NCBI GenBank assembly: GCA_051013385.1
Contig: CP143273.1
Location: 1,504,001-1,568,000 of the forward strand
DNA: 64,000 bases
Direction of reading: 5' to 3'
From: Phormidium sp.
GTDB taxonomy: Bacteria; Cyanobacteriota; Cyanobacteriia; Cyanobacteriales; Aerosakkonemataceae
Position numbers and translations under genes: made by a program. This document shows positions 20,616 to 30,524 of this stretch, piece after piece. How positions within the stretch are numbered: the stretch's first letter is position 1; each line of letters begins with the position of its first letter. A model generated the notes under the pieces. The model saw only the letters and a list, made by a program, of their open reading frames with translations, was not told where the DNA came from and did not search any database.

Positions 20616-23276
20616 TTAACCCACAATTTCATTAACCGGAAACCTATCCATTAATTGCAAAGCGCGACTAGCATTTCGCTTAATAGAATCCGGCAAATTC
20701 GGCACATGAGGTATCTGCGAGAGAAAATCAAGAGTTCGGCGTAACATCCGCACCACATCTCCTTCATCTAAGCTTGTGTTTTCACATAGCTGCACCCACT
20801 CTATTCCCAAAGCCCATTGTTCCACAATCCCAATTAACTCATCTTCCAACCAAACAGGTAAAGCCACATTATGCCGCCTTTGCACTTGGAAAAGTTGCCT
20901 TCTAATTCCCCGTAAATTACTCAAAGCTTCTTGAACTTCCTCCGCAGGAATATATCTACTTTCCGAATCCGGGCGGGGTGTTTCTGTCACCAAAGCCGCC
21001 GCTGCTGCTGCTAAATGATGCGGGCCTAAATCATCCAATTGGTTCGACATTAAAGCCAATCCCAACCATAATTCATTATCTCCCCGAATCGCTGCCGCTG
21101 CTTGCCCTAACGGAGTAGGAGTTAATTCATCCAAGCAACCAAAGCTCTGTAAAATCAGAATTAATTCTAAAAATTCTTCCCAATGACGTTGCGATTCTTG
21201 GTCAAGTTTTTCTTGTAATAAGTTAATTTCTGTTTGCAGAGTAATCAACCGTCGATAACGTTTAATTAATGTCCCTGGATTACCCCATTGGAGAATCGGA
21301 TGATTTTCTAATTGCGCTTCTACCGCCTTGACTCGTTGATTTTGTGCCGCTACTTCTGGCGCTTCTTCAAGTGGTGATGGTAAAGGAATTAAACGTGCAA
21401 TTTCCTCAGTTTCTTCTGTACCTGTTCGCACACTACCAAATTTTATCTGCATTTCTGGTGGTAGCCCAGATAAATTATCTACCCTAGATAAGCGGGGCAA
21501 TTCAGCATGAAAACCCACTACATCATGAACACTTACCACATACCAACGGTTATCTTTACCCAAACAAATTAAATAAGGAGTTTGTCCGGGGCCGGGTTTT
21601 TTATTAACTAAAACTGCCGGGATAGGTGTACAAACAGGAACGTGCTTACCTTTAAGACTAAGAACAGTTCCGGCAACTGCAAAGGGTAAAGCGGCAGCAA
21701 TATCACTAGATAAAATATCAGCAGATTGTTGCTGTAAAGTTTTTAATAATTGTCTTTCTGCCTTCAATCTTTGTTGTAACTTTTCATAATTCCCGATTAA
21801 ATCAGGATTTACTTGCTGCATTTGATTTTGCAATTGTTCGGCTTCTTTTTGCAACTTCTGCACTGCTTTTCGATTCGGTTCTAAGTGCAATGTTGCTAAA
21901 TACTGCCCAAAGCTGCGTTCAATTAATTCTTTTGCTTCTTCTAAAGTGTGAGTTTGCAGCAAGTTCAAAACCATGCCGTAACTAGGGGTAAATTGACTTA
22001 CCAAAGGATCAGCTTTTGATGTTGCTAAATAAGCTGCTTCTTTCGCCCCTTCAAATGGTGTTTGTAAGGTTACAACATAGCCTCTTTTATCCATTCCCCG
22101 CCTACCTGCCCTACCTGCCATTTGCAGAAATTCGGAAGCGGTAAGTAATCTATGTCCTCTGTCAGTACGTTTGGAAAGAGTAGAAATAACTGTGGTTCTA
22201 GCTGGCATATTAATTCCAGCTGCTAAAGTTTCGGTGGCAAATACCACTTTAATTAAACCTTCTTGAAATAGTTCTTCGACAAATCCTTTCCAAGTTGGTA
22301 AAATTCCCGCATGGTGAGCAGCAATTCCCCGATACAAAGGTTCAACTTGTCCAACTCTTGCTGCTTCGGGATAACGGGCTAAAAATTCATCAATTCTAGT
22401 TTTTAATAGTTCTTGTTCTGTTTCGTTAACTAATGTCAATTCGGCTACTTCGGCTACTGCTTGGTCACAACCCCGACGACTAAAGATAAAGTAAATTGCA
22501 GGTAACATTTCCCGCTGGCGCAATTGATTCAAAATAAAGGGTAAACTGGGACTTTCAGGACGTTTACCGCTGGTTTGTTGTCCGCCTTTGGGTTTGAGGC
22601 GAGGGTTAATTTTGTTATTTTCTGGACCCAGTAGGGGAAATACGCCTTTGGGATTTCCGAAGTAAAATTCTAAGGGGATGGGGCGATAATCAGAGTAAAT
22701 TAAGTCTGTTGGCCCATGAACTTGACTTATCCAATCTGTTAGTTGTTGCGAGTTGGCGACGGTGGCGGAAAGTGCTACGAGTTGAATTTCTTTCGGGCAG
22801 TAAATGATTGATTCTTCCCAAACTGTACCGCGTTGGCGATCGTTCATGTAATGACACTCATCCAACACTACCGCTTCCACACCCACTAAAGATGTCCCAA
22901 CTTCCCCAATGGGAGTACCGTAAAGCATATTACGGAAAATTTCTGTCGTCATCACTAAAATCGGCGCATCCCGGTTAATTGAGGTGTCACCTGTAAGCAA
23001 CCCAACATTATGGTGGCCGAACTGTTGCCCAAAGTCACGCCACTTTTGATTGGACAAAGCTTTTAATGGTGTGGTGTAAAATACTCGACCGTTACCGTTG
23101 AGGGCGCGATGAATGGCATATTCGCCAATTAATGTTTTCCCGGAACCTGTGGGGGCACACACAACAACGGAACGACCTGCATTTAGAGATGCGATCGCAT
23201 CTAACTGGAATTTATCCAGCTGAAATGGGAAAATTGATTCTAAGTTGAGCGCTGCTGAAGTAGGGGAAGAAGTCAC
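20616..23276 (-). CDS. Ski2/HelY-like DExH RNA helicase
   Basis: APTGSGKT, PLKALSN, DECH, SAT, ETLAAGINMPA, QMAGRAGRRG, DSHCT-like C-terminus. Confidence 0.93.
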   Translation of the reverse strand: MTSSPTSAALNLESIFPFQLDKFQLDAIASLNAGRSVVVCAPTGSGKTLIGEYAIHRALNGNGRVFYTTPLKALSNQKWRDFGQQFGHHNVGLLTGDTSINRDAPILVMTTEIFRNMLYGTPIGEVGTSLVGVEAVVLDECHYMNDRQRGTVWEESIIYCPKEIQLVALSATVANSQQLTDWISQVHGPTDLIYSDYRPIPLEFYFGNPKGVFPLLGPENNKINPRLKPKGGQQTSGKRPESPSLPFILNQLRQREMLPAIYFIFSRRGCDQAVAEVAELTLVNETEQELLKTRIDEFLARYPEAARVGQVEPLYRGIAAHHAGILPTWKGFVEELFQEGLIKVVFATETLAAGINMPARTTVISTLSKRTDRGHRLLTASEFLQMAGRAGRRGMDKRGYVVTLQTPFEGAKEAAYLATSKADPLVSQFTPSYGMVLNLLQTHTLEEAKELIERSFGQYLATLHLEPNRKAVQKLQKEAEQLQNQMQQVNPDLIGNYEKLQQRLKAERQLLKTLQQQSADILSSDIAAALPFAVAGTVLSLKGKHVPVCTPIPAVLVNKKPGPGQTPYLICLGKDNRWYVVSVHDVVGFHAELPRLSRVDNLSGLPPEMQIKFGSVRTGTEETEEIARLIPLPSPLEEAPEVAAQNQRVKAVEAQLENHPILQWGNPGTLIKRYRRLITLQTEINLLQEKLDQESQRHWEEFLELILILQSFGCLDELTPTPLGQAAAAIRGDNELWLGLALMSNQLDDLGPHHLAAAAAALVTETPRPDSESRYIPAEEVQEALSNLRGIRRQLFQVQRRHNVALPVWLEDELIGIVEQWALGIEWVQLCENTSLDEGDVVRMLRRTLDFLSQIPHVPNLPDSIKRNASRALQLMDRFPVNEIVG

Positions 23277-23388
23277 ACACTAAAATCCAAATTTTATAAT
23301 GTAGATTAAATTCACTAATCTCCGATTCAATCAAAATGCTCTTTCTGATCGATCGTACCTGATTTTTACTTGAATCTCAAACGGTTAA

Positions 23389-23423
23389 ACCAGGTATCTT
23401 ACCCATCAACTAAGATACCTGGT
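23389..23423 (-). terminator. Hairpin downstream of psb34 (putative terminator or processing site)
   Basis: 13-bp arms ACCAGGTATCTTA / TAAGATACCTGGT. Confidence 0.6.
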
Positions 23424-23467
23424 CATTCTCATGATTACTTTTAGTAATTAATTTTGCAACTGGAATC

Positions 23468-23647
23468 TTAGCTTACACTCGAAACCGAGAAGGCAACGAA
23501 AATTAAAGCACTTACCAGCACTAACGCTAACGCGCCCATAATAATGTAGTTACGCTTTTCTGCTTGAGTAGGAGGTGTGGCTTGGTAAACTTTGGGCTCA
23601 ACTGCAAAATTGTTTAAACGTCCGCCTTCTTCGGTTGTGTAGGGCAT
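23468..23647 (-). CDS. psb34: Photosystem II assembly protein Psb34 (Ssl1498 family), 59 aa, not in ORF track
   Basis: Hand translation MPYTTEEGGRLNNFAVEPKVYQATPPTQAEKRNYIIMGALALVLVSALIFVAFSVSSVS*; LNNFA-EPK-Y motif plus C-terminal TM helix. Confidence 0.88.
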   Translation of the reverse strand: MPYTTEEGGRLNNFAVEPKVYQATPPTQAEKRNYIIMGALALVLVSALIFVAFSVSSVS

Positions 23648-23799
23648 AGATTAATCCTTTATTAAACTTATTATTTATTGTAACAATACTTTGCAGATTT
23701 GTTTGTGGCGATCGCAGATTTTCTTAATATTCCCCGTTTGGGCACTGGGGACTGGGGACTGGGAAAGTTTTGAGTTTTGAGTTTTGAGTTTTGAGTTAA

Positions 23800-23927
23800 T
23801 AAGCTGTTACGCATTTAAATCACTTATTAACGAGTAGGGTGCGTCAGACGGTAAAGCCTTATATAGAAAGGAAAATATCTAAATCTGACGCACCCTACCA
23901 TAAGACTTTTAAATGCGTAACAGCTTA
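23800..23927. mobile_element. 128-bp MITE with perfect 20-bp TIRs enclosing a GTAG REP-like doublet
   Basis: TAAGCTGTTACGCATTTAAA / TTTAAATGCGTAACAGCTTA; inner GTAGGGTGCGTCAGA (23834) / TCTGACGCACCCTAC (23898); flanked by STRR arrays. Confidence 0.85.
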
Positions 23928-23997
23928 AATGTCCCCTTGTCCCCTTGTCCCCTTGTCCCCTTGTCCCCTTGTCCCCTTGTCCCCTTGTCCTTCTGCT

Positions 23998-24834
23998 CTA
24001 ACTAATAGTACCTGTCAGGGGAGAACTAGCAACAGCATAAGATTTTACCGGAATGCGCCCAGCTAGGTAAGCTAGTCTTCCGGCTGTGGTTGCTAAATTC
24101 ATCGCTTTTGCCATTGCTGCGGAGTTTTGGGCTTGGGCTATGGCAGTATTAATTAACAAGGCATCTGCGCCCATTTCCATTGCAGAGGCGGCTTCGCTAG
24201 GCGTACCAATTCCCGCATCTACCACGACGGGAATTTTGGCATTGTCAATAATTATCTGAATATTAGCGGCATTTTTGATCCCCTGACCGGAACCAATGGG
24301 AGAACCCAAAGGCATAACGGTAGCACAACCCGCTTCTTCCAGGTATTTGGCTAACAATGGATCGGCATTAATATAAGGTAGAACGGCAAAACCTTCCTTA
24401 ACTAACTTCTCTGCTGCTTGCAAAGTGCCAATGGGATCGGGTAAAAGATACTTGGGATCGGGGATAACTTCCAATTTGACAAAGTTATTGTCTTCTTGCC
24501 CCAAAAGTTTCGCCATTTCTCGCCCTAACCGGGCTACGCGAATCGCATCTTCAGCGGTTTGACAGCCTGCGGTATTGGGTAACATCCAAATTTTAGACCA
24601 ATCCAAGGCTTCTGCTAGTCCTTCATGTCCGGGCGCGTTAGTTTGAACTCGTCTGACAGCGACGGTGACAATTTCGCAACCGCTAGCAATTACGCTTTGC
24701 TGCATTTCCGGGATGCTACGATATTTACCTGTTCCGGTCATTAGGCGAGATTTGAAGGTTTTTCCGGCGATGGTGAGGGGTTGATCTGCGATCGCTGCGA
24801 TCGAATCAATGTTAGATTTATCTAAAATTTGCAT
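23998..24834 (-). CDS. thiG: Thiazole synthase
   Basis: [42 protein letters not shown] 24834 preferred. Confidence 0.96.
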   Translation of the reverse strand: MQILDKSNIDSIAAIADQPLTIAGKTFKSRLMTGTGKYRSIPEMQQSVIASGCEIVTVAVRRVQTNAPGHEGLAEALDWSKIWMLPNTAGCQTAEDAIRVARLGREMAKLLGQEDNNFVKLEVIPDPKYLLPDPIGTLQAAEKLVKEGFAVLPYINADPLLAKYLEEAGCATVMPLGSPIGSGQGIKNAANIQIIIDNAKIPVVVDAGIGTPSEAASAMEMGADALLINTAIAQAQNSAAMAKAMNLATTAGRLAYLAGRIPVKSYAVASSPLTGTIS

Positions 24835-24999
24835 TGCTAGATACAGAATTACTAAAAATATTGTGCAAAAGACTTGATCCAACTAGAATTAAATTAGCAT
24901 ATTAAATGTTAATTTAATATGGCAGTTATGCTGGATTTTTACCTGAAAACTATTTGAATTGAGTTTACATTTTCCCACCTTTTCCTAACTTATGTAAAG

Positions 25000-26124
25000 T
25001 TAATTTTCGGTAAATCTAGAATAGTGAAAATGACTCAAAAGCGGATTAGCATTTTGTTTTTCCAGCAAGTCACCAATTAATAAAGCAGTAATAGGAGCCA
25101 AAAGAATGCCATTACGATAATGCCCCGTTGCCAAAGTCAAATTTTCGTAGGCACTAGTTCCCAAAATTGGTAATTCATCAGGTGTTGCTGGACGAAATCC
25201 CCACCAAAATTCTAAAATTGGTAAGTTTTTTAATGGTGGATAAAGTCGAGTCGCTCCGCTGAGTAATTGTTGAATACCTGCGGCAGTGTTATCAGGAGTA
25301 AACCCAACATTTTCACTAGTAGCACCAATAACTATTCTGCCATCTTTTCGCGGCACAATGTAAGTTTCATCACCGAATAAAACTTGCTTTAATGGATGAG
25401 GAGAAGAAAGAGAGCGCACTGATAACATTTGTCCTTTTTTGGGGTAAACTGCGATCGGGCTAGCGAGTGCGTCAGCACTTATCGGCAATAACTCCTGCGT
25501 CCAAGCACCAGTAGCTAAAACATAGCGTTCAGCTTGCCAATCACCCCCCGTAGTTTTTACATATTTAATTCGCTGACTTTCCCGAACAAAATCTGTAACA
25601 GCAACCCCTTCTAAAACCTCAATTCCTAACTGTTGCGCCGCCATCCATAAACAATGAGCCAAAGCGCGATTATCCACCTGTCCATCATCAGGATACCACC
25701 AGCCACCCACAACTTCTGAACTCAAACCCGGTTGATGTTGCTGAATTTCTGATTGATTTAACCAAAATTGATTAGTTAGTAAATTATCCCCTGATTCCCG
25801 GCTGGTTTGCTCCCCTGCATGATAAACTGGAGCCAAAATTCCACAAGACCAATAACCCGTTTCTAAACCTGTAATTTCTTCTAATTTACCAATCCAATCG
25901 GGATAAATTGCCCGACTTTGTAAACACAAATCTAACATTGGGCTAGGGGGAATTTTTTCCGCTTGTGGTGCTAACATTCCCGCCGCAGCGTGAGTTGCTG
26001 CTTCCTGAAAATTCCTAGATAAAACAGTTACTTTCACGCTTCGCAATTTTAGTTCAATTGCCAAAGCAAGACCAACAATTCCCCCACCAATAATTAGAAC
26101 ATCACTTACTTTATTCATACTCAC
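25000..26124 (-). CDS. thiO: Glycine oxidase
   Basis: IIGGGIVG, AAAGML, GFRPATPD, GHYRNGILLAP; directly upstream of thiG. Confidence 0.93.
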   Translation of the reverse strand: MSMNKVSDVLIIGGGIVGLALAIELKLRSVKVTVLSRNFQEAATHAAAGMLAPQAEKIPPSPMLDLCLQSRAIYPDWIGKLEEITGLETGYWSCGILAPVYHAGEQTSRESGDNLLTNQFWLNQSEIQQHQPGLSSEVVGGWWYPDDGQVDNRALAHCLWMAAQQLGIEVLEGVAVTDFVRESQRIKYVKTTGGDWQAERYVLATGAWTQELLPISADALASPIAVYPKKGQMLSVRSLSSPHPLKQVLFGDETYIVPRKDGRIVIGATSENVGFTPDNTAAGIQQLLSGATRLYPPLKNLPILEFWWGFRPATPDELPILGTSAYENLTLATGHYRNGILLAPITALLIGDLLEKQNANPLLSHFHYSRFTEN

Positions 26125-26272
26125 CGAATTAAATGTAACAATGCAGAGGGGCAGAGGGGGAGAGGGGCAGAGGGGCAGAGGGAGATAACTTAAAATTTAG
26201 AACTTTCCCCCAACTCAAAACTCAAAACTCAAAACTCAAAACTCACCCACCCCCCAGTCCCCAGTCCCCAAA

Positions 26273-26611
26273 CTATCCTTGCGGAGTCCAAACAGTTTTA
26301 TCCGCCTGCCCCCACATACCGTCAAACTTGGTTACTTGGACATCTCCTAAAACTTTAGTTTGACAAGCCAAACGCAAGTTTTTACTGGGAGAATGGGGAG
26401 GAAGTCCAAGGCGGGCTTTTTCTCGCCAGCTTGCTTCTGATACTTCCCCTTCTACCTTGACGGCGCAAGTGCCACAAGTGCCGATACCACGACAGTTCAT
26501 CATCGCAGCTTGACCATTGTACAGAGGAATGCCATTTTCCAGTAAAACTTTCCGCAAATTTGCGCCAGGAGCGCATTCATAAGTCTTTCCTTGGGCAGTT
26601 ACTTTTGGCAT
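26273..26611 (-). CDS. 2Fe-2S ferredoxin-like protein
   Basis: NCRGIGTCGTC...RLACQ; ATG 26611 preferred. Confidence 0.9.
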   Translation of the reverse strand: MPKVTAQGKTYECAPGANLRKVLLENGIPLYNGQAAMMNCRGIGTCGTCAVKVEGEVSEASWREKARLGLPPHSPSKNLRLACQTKVLGDVQVTKFDGMWGQADKTVWTPQG

Positions 26612-26860
26612 AGAGATTACCCTGAACACTTTATGAATATTTTTGCACTTCTTTACATCAGAGAGCACGATCGAGCTTACCCTTTTCCATAAATACAGAT
26701 GTAGGCTAATTGTTAGGTAAGAATTTACCCCTGATGGAAACTTGTTGCTCTAATTCTGGGAAAAGGGCAAAGGTGAAGGGGTAAAAGTTCTGGAAAATTC
26801 TTTTCCCTTTACCTTGTTTCAATTCATCAACCTTTTCTTTCTCATTTCATTCTTTAATCC

Positions 26861-28498
26861 ATGAGCCCTAATACTTCAAATCAGATTTGGATTTACGATA
26901 CTACCCTGCGAGATGGCGCTCAACGTGAAGGACTTTGTTTGTCCTTGGAAGATAAATTGCGAATTGCTCGTCAGCTAGATGAGTTGGGAGTTCCGTTTAT
27001 CGAAGGGGGATGGCCTGGTGCTAATCCGAAGGATGTACAATTTTTCTGGAAACTTCAGGAACAACCCCTGACAAAGGCGGAAGTGACAGCTTTTTGCTCC
27101 ACAAGGCGACCGGGAACAACAGCGGCGGAAGATTCGCTGCTACAAGCGATTTTGGCGGCTGGTACTCGTTGGGTGACGATTTTCGGTAAATCGTGGGATT
27201 TGCACGTTACAGAGAGCTTGAAGACTAGTTTAGCGGAAAATTTGGCGATGATTCGAGATACGATCGAATATCTCCGCAGCCAAGGACGGCGAGTAATTTA
27301 CGATGCCGAACACTGGTTTGATGGCTATAAACGCAATCCCGAATACGCTTTGCAGACTTTGAAAACGGCTGTTGATGCTGGTGCAGAATGGCTGGTTTTC
27401 TGTGACACAAATGGTGGGACGCTTCCATCTGAAATTAGCACCATTATTGGGGAAGTGGTGGCAGCTTTACCCGAACTCAAAGGCGATTTTCCCCAAATGG
27501 GCATTCACACTCACAATGATTCTGATACCGCAGTTGCTAATGCTTTGGCTGCGGTGTTGGCTGGGGTGAAAATGGTACAGGGGACGATAAATGGTTATGG
27601 CGAACGCTGTGGTAATGCGAATCTTTGTTCTTTGATCCCCAATTTACAGTTGAAGTTGGATTATCAGTGCATTCCGGCAGAAAATTTGGCACAACTGACT
27701 CAAGTTAGCCGTTTTGTGAGCGAATTGGCGAATTTAGCACCCGACGAACACGCGCCTTTTGTCGGTTTGTCAGCGTTTGCACACAAAGGCGGAATTCATG
27801 TGAGTGCGGTGGAACGAAATCCTGTCACTTACGAGCATATTCAACCAGAAGAGGTGGGAAATCGACGGCGGATTGTGATTTCTGACCAGGCGGGGTTAAG
27901 TAATGTGTTGGCTAAAGCCCGGACTTTTGGGATTGAATTAGATAAGCAAAATCCGGCTTGTCGGCAAATTTTGGAACGGTTGAAGGTGCTAGAAAATCAA
28001 GGTTATCAGTTTGAGGCGGCTGAAGCTAGTTTTGAGTTGCTGATGCGGGAGGCTTTGGGACAACGGCAGAAGTTTTATGAACTCAAAGGATTTCAGGTTC
28101 ATTGTGATATTGTTCCCTGTGATTCTGATTCGATTTGTGTTCCTTATGCTTTGGCGACGATTAAGGTGTCGGTGAATGGTAAGGATATTTTAGAGGCTGC
28201 GGAAGGTAGTGGGCCTGTGGCGGCGTTAGATGCAGCTTTACGGAAAGCTTTAACCAATTTTTATCCGGTAATCGCTGATTTTGAGTTAACTGATTACAAG
28301 GTGAGAATTCTGGATGGGAATACGGGTACTGCGGCGAAAACTCGCGTGTTGGTTGAGTCTAGTAATGGTTTGCAACGCTGGACGACGGTGGGAGTTTCGA
28401 CGAATATTTTAGAGGCTTCTTATCAAGCTGTGGTGGAAGGTTTGGAGTATGGTTTGACGCTGCATTCTTCGGCAAAAGCGGCGTTGACTTCTTCTTAG
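26861..28498 (+). CDS. cimA: Citramalate synthase
   Basis: YDTTLRDGAQ, IEGGWPGANPKD, GKSWDLHV, HTHND, GYGERCGN. Confidence 0.92.
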   Translation: MSPNTSNQIWIYDTTLRDGAQREGLCLSLEDKLRIARQLDELGVPFIEGGWPGANPKDVQFFWKLQEQPLTKAEVTAFCSTRRPGTTAAEDSLLQAILAAGTRWVTIFGKSWDLHVTESLKTSLAENLAMIRDTIEYLRSQGRRVIYDAEHWFDGYKRNPEYALQTLKTAVDAGAEWLVFCDTNGGTLPSEISTIIGEVVAALPELKGDFPQMGIHTHNDSDTAVANALAAVLAGVKMVQGTINGYGERCGNANLCSLIPNLQLKLDYQCIPAENLAQLTQVSRFVSELANLAPDEHAPFVGLSAFAHKGGIHVSAVERNPVTYEHIQPEEVGNRRRIVISDQAGLSNVLAKARTFGIELDKQNPACRQILERLKVLENQGYQFEAAEASFELLMREALGQRQKFYELKGFQVHCDIVPCDSDSICVPYALATIKVSVNGKDILEAAEGSGPVAALDAALRKALTNFYPVIADFELTDYKVRILDGNTGTAAKTRVLVESSNGLQRWTTVGVSTNILEASYQAVVEGLEYGLTLHSSAKAALTSS

Positions 28499-28852
28499 TT
28501 GAGCTTTTGGGTTGAATGAGATGAATTTTTGGGTTAAGTTCGATCGTTCAGCCCAGCTTTCATAAGTAGTTCTAATCATTAAAAATTAGCACTTATGTGG
28601 AAACGCTAAATGTAGGGGTATAATTCCTGGGCGATCGGGTAAGGCACTCTACAAATAGAGGCTTTGCCTAAGTTGTGAACTTACAGATAAATTTAAGCTA
28701 AAATGGACTAGTAGCACTTGACTGTGTTAAGCTTATTTTCTAGAAGATCGCTTCCCGATTGCACAAGACTAAACGCACAGGTACAGCAAGAAAACGGGTA
28801 AGTGATTCTTGTTCAGAATCTTTCCTAAAATAAATCAATTTTAACGGAGTGT

Positions 28853-29071
28853 ATGACTCAGCAAGTTATTCACCCAATGGTGAAGTTGCAACGTCAAGTA
28901 GGATCTCTCATAGCATCTAACTTGATCAAGCCTACTGATAGTATTTGGAAAATAGCACTACTTTATGGTGATGAATGGGCTTTTTGGAAAAAAGAGTTGC
29001 TCGATTTTGGCTTTTCAATGCAAGATCCAGTCCAGGATTTGCTGGAAGTGGAAGCTTGGGACGACGAGTAA
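28853..29071 (+). CDS. DUF4327 family protein
   Basis: HPMVKLQRQV..L....IKP.D.IW and LL..E.WD pattern. Confidence 0.8.
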   Translation: MTQQVIHPMVKLQRQVGSLIASNLIKPTDSIWKIALLYGDEWAFWKKELLDFGFSMQDPVQDLLEVEAWDDE

Positions 29072-29204
29072 TATCGGTTCTCTGGAATTTGGCTACAGAT
29101 GATTGACGCGGCGATCGATCTCAAGCCAATTTTAGAGAGCTTGATATAAGTAAAAGTTTTGGCAACAATAAGATTAGTTTTTCAGTTTGACAGCCAAAAT
29201 TGAC

Positions 29205-30479
29205 TTAGATGCAGCCTGCAAGAGCGATCGCAAGTTCCTGAGCAGACTGATATCTTTCTCTCAGGTGCGGTTGGGTGGCTTTTTCAATCACCTGCCGCAA
29301 TCGCGGAGTAATCGTCGGCACATTTTCCAAGGAAAAGTAGTAAATTCGACCCCGCTGTTGATAATACTTGCGGGGACTTTCGCCAGTGAGGAGAAAAATT
29401 AGGGTAGCACCTACGGCGTAAATGTCAGATTTCGTGACGGGTTGACCTCGGTCTTGTTCCGGGGCGCTGAAACCTTCTGCACCGATGCGCGTTCCCAAGG
29501 GTGTGCCAATTTCTTTGACTGCGCCGAAGTCGAGGACTACTATTTGATTGTCTGGCGAACGAATCATCAAATTAGCTGGTTTAATGTCACGATGAATCAG
29601 TGGTGGGTCTTGTTCGTGGATATAATCCAACACTTTACAGGTTTGAATCATCCAGCCGATCGCAAGACTCGGTAAAACAGGCCCATTATTGTAAACTCGC
29701 TTTTCCAAATCTTGACCATGAATTAATTCCATCGCCAAATACTTTTTCCCCGCTTCCACAAAAAACTCGTAAAATTGGGGAATTCCGGGATGATTCAAGT
29801 TTTTCAGAGTCCTGGCTTCCCTTTCAAACAGTTCTTGGGCTTTGGCGATTTCTGCCATGTCCGCATTCATCTCTTTAAGCACCAACAACCCACCACCCGC
29901 TGCCTTTTTTCCAGGGATTTGGGGTACCCAAGCTAAATAAGTAGTACCCATTCCCCCCTGTCCCAAAATCTGTAACACCTGATATTGGCGGATCTTACGT
30001 TCGACACGCAACGGTTGACCGCAGTGGATACAAAATATGTTATTTGGGGAATTTCCCCCATGAGTGCAAATGTTTTTTGGGGGTGTAACTACTTTCGGGG
30101 GTGTAACAATTAGAGGTTGGGCGGTGGTAGTTTGAAATTGGAATTTGAGTTTTGGCCCTCCTTGAGCTAACTGAATTAATGAACCATTTCTCAGCCAAGC
30201 TTGGGAGACTAATATGCCATCTAAAAAAGTGCCGTTAGTACCTAAGTTAATCAACCGCCAAGCCGTAGAAATTAAACTGTTGCCAATTTTGGATGCAGAA
30301 ATTTCCACCATCCGCAGTTCTAGATGGTGACGGGAAACTCGGCTATCACTCAATACGACATTGTTCTCTGGAGAGCGACCGATGCGAATGATGAATTCTT
30401 TTTCAAATCGCCAGTTTTCCAGGGGAGCCGAATTTTTTGGATGTAAGAGGGTCAGTGTGACCACACCAGTCGATGTCAT
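29205..30479 (-). CDS. FHA-domain Ser/Thr protein kinase with zinc ribbon
   Basis: IGRSPEN..VSRHH..NGTF (FHA), FCIHCG, LGQGGMG, HRDIKPAN, DFG, APE. Confidence 0.93.
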   Translation of the reverse strand: MTSTGVVTLTLLHPKNSAPLENWRFEKEFIIRIGRSPENNVVLSDSRVSRHHLELRMVEISASKIGNSLISTAWRLINLGTNGTFLDGILVSQAWLRNGSLIQLAQGGPKLKFQFQTTTAQPLIVTPPKVVTPPKNICTHGGNSPNNIFCIHCGQPLRVERKIRQYQVLQILGQGGMGTTYLAWVPQIPGKKAAGGGLLVLKEMNADMAEIAKAQELFEREARTLKNLNHPGIPQFYEFFVEAGKKYLAMELIHGQDLEKRVYNNGPVLPSLAIGWMIQTCKVLDYIHEQDPPLIHRDIKPANLMIRSPDNQIVVLDFGAVKEIGTPLGTRIGAEGFSAPEQDRGQPVTKSDIYAVGATLIFLLTGESPRKYYQQRGRIYYFSLENVPTITPRLRQVIEKATQPHLRERYQSAQELAIALAGCI

Positions 30480-30524
30480 TGCTCATTTAAAGCTCGGTGA
30501 ATAACAAACCCTCGACGATCGCAA

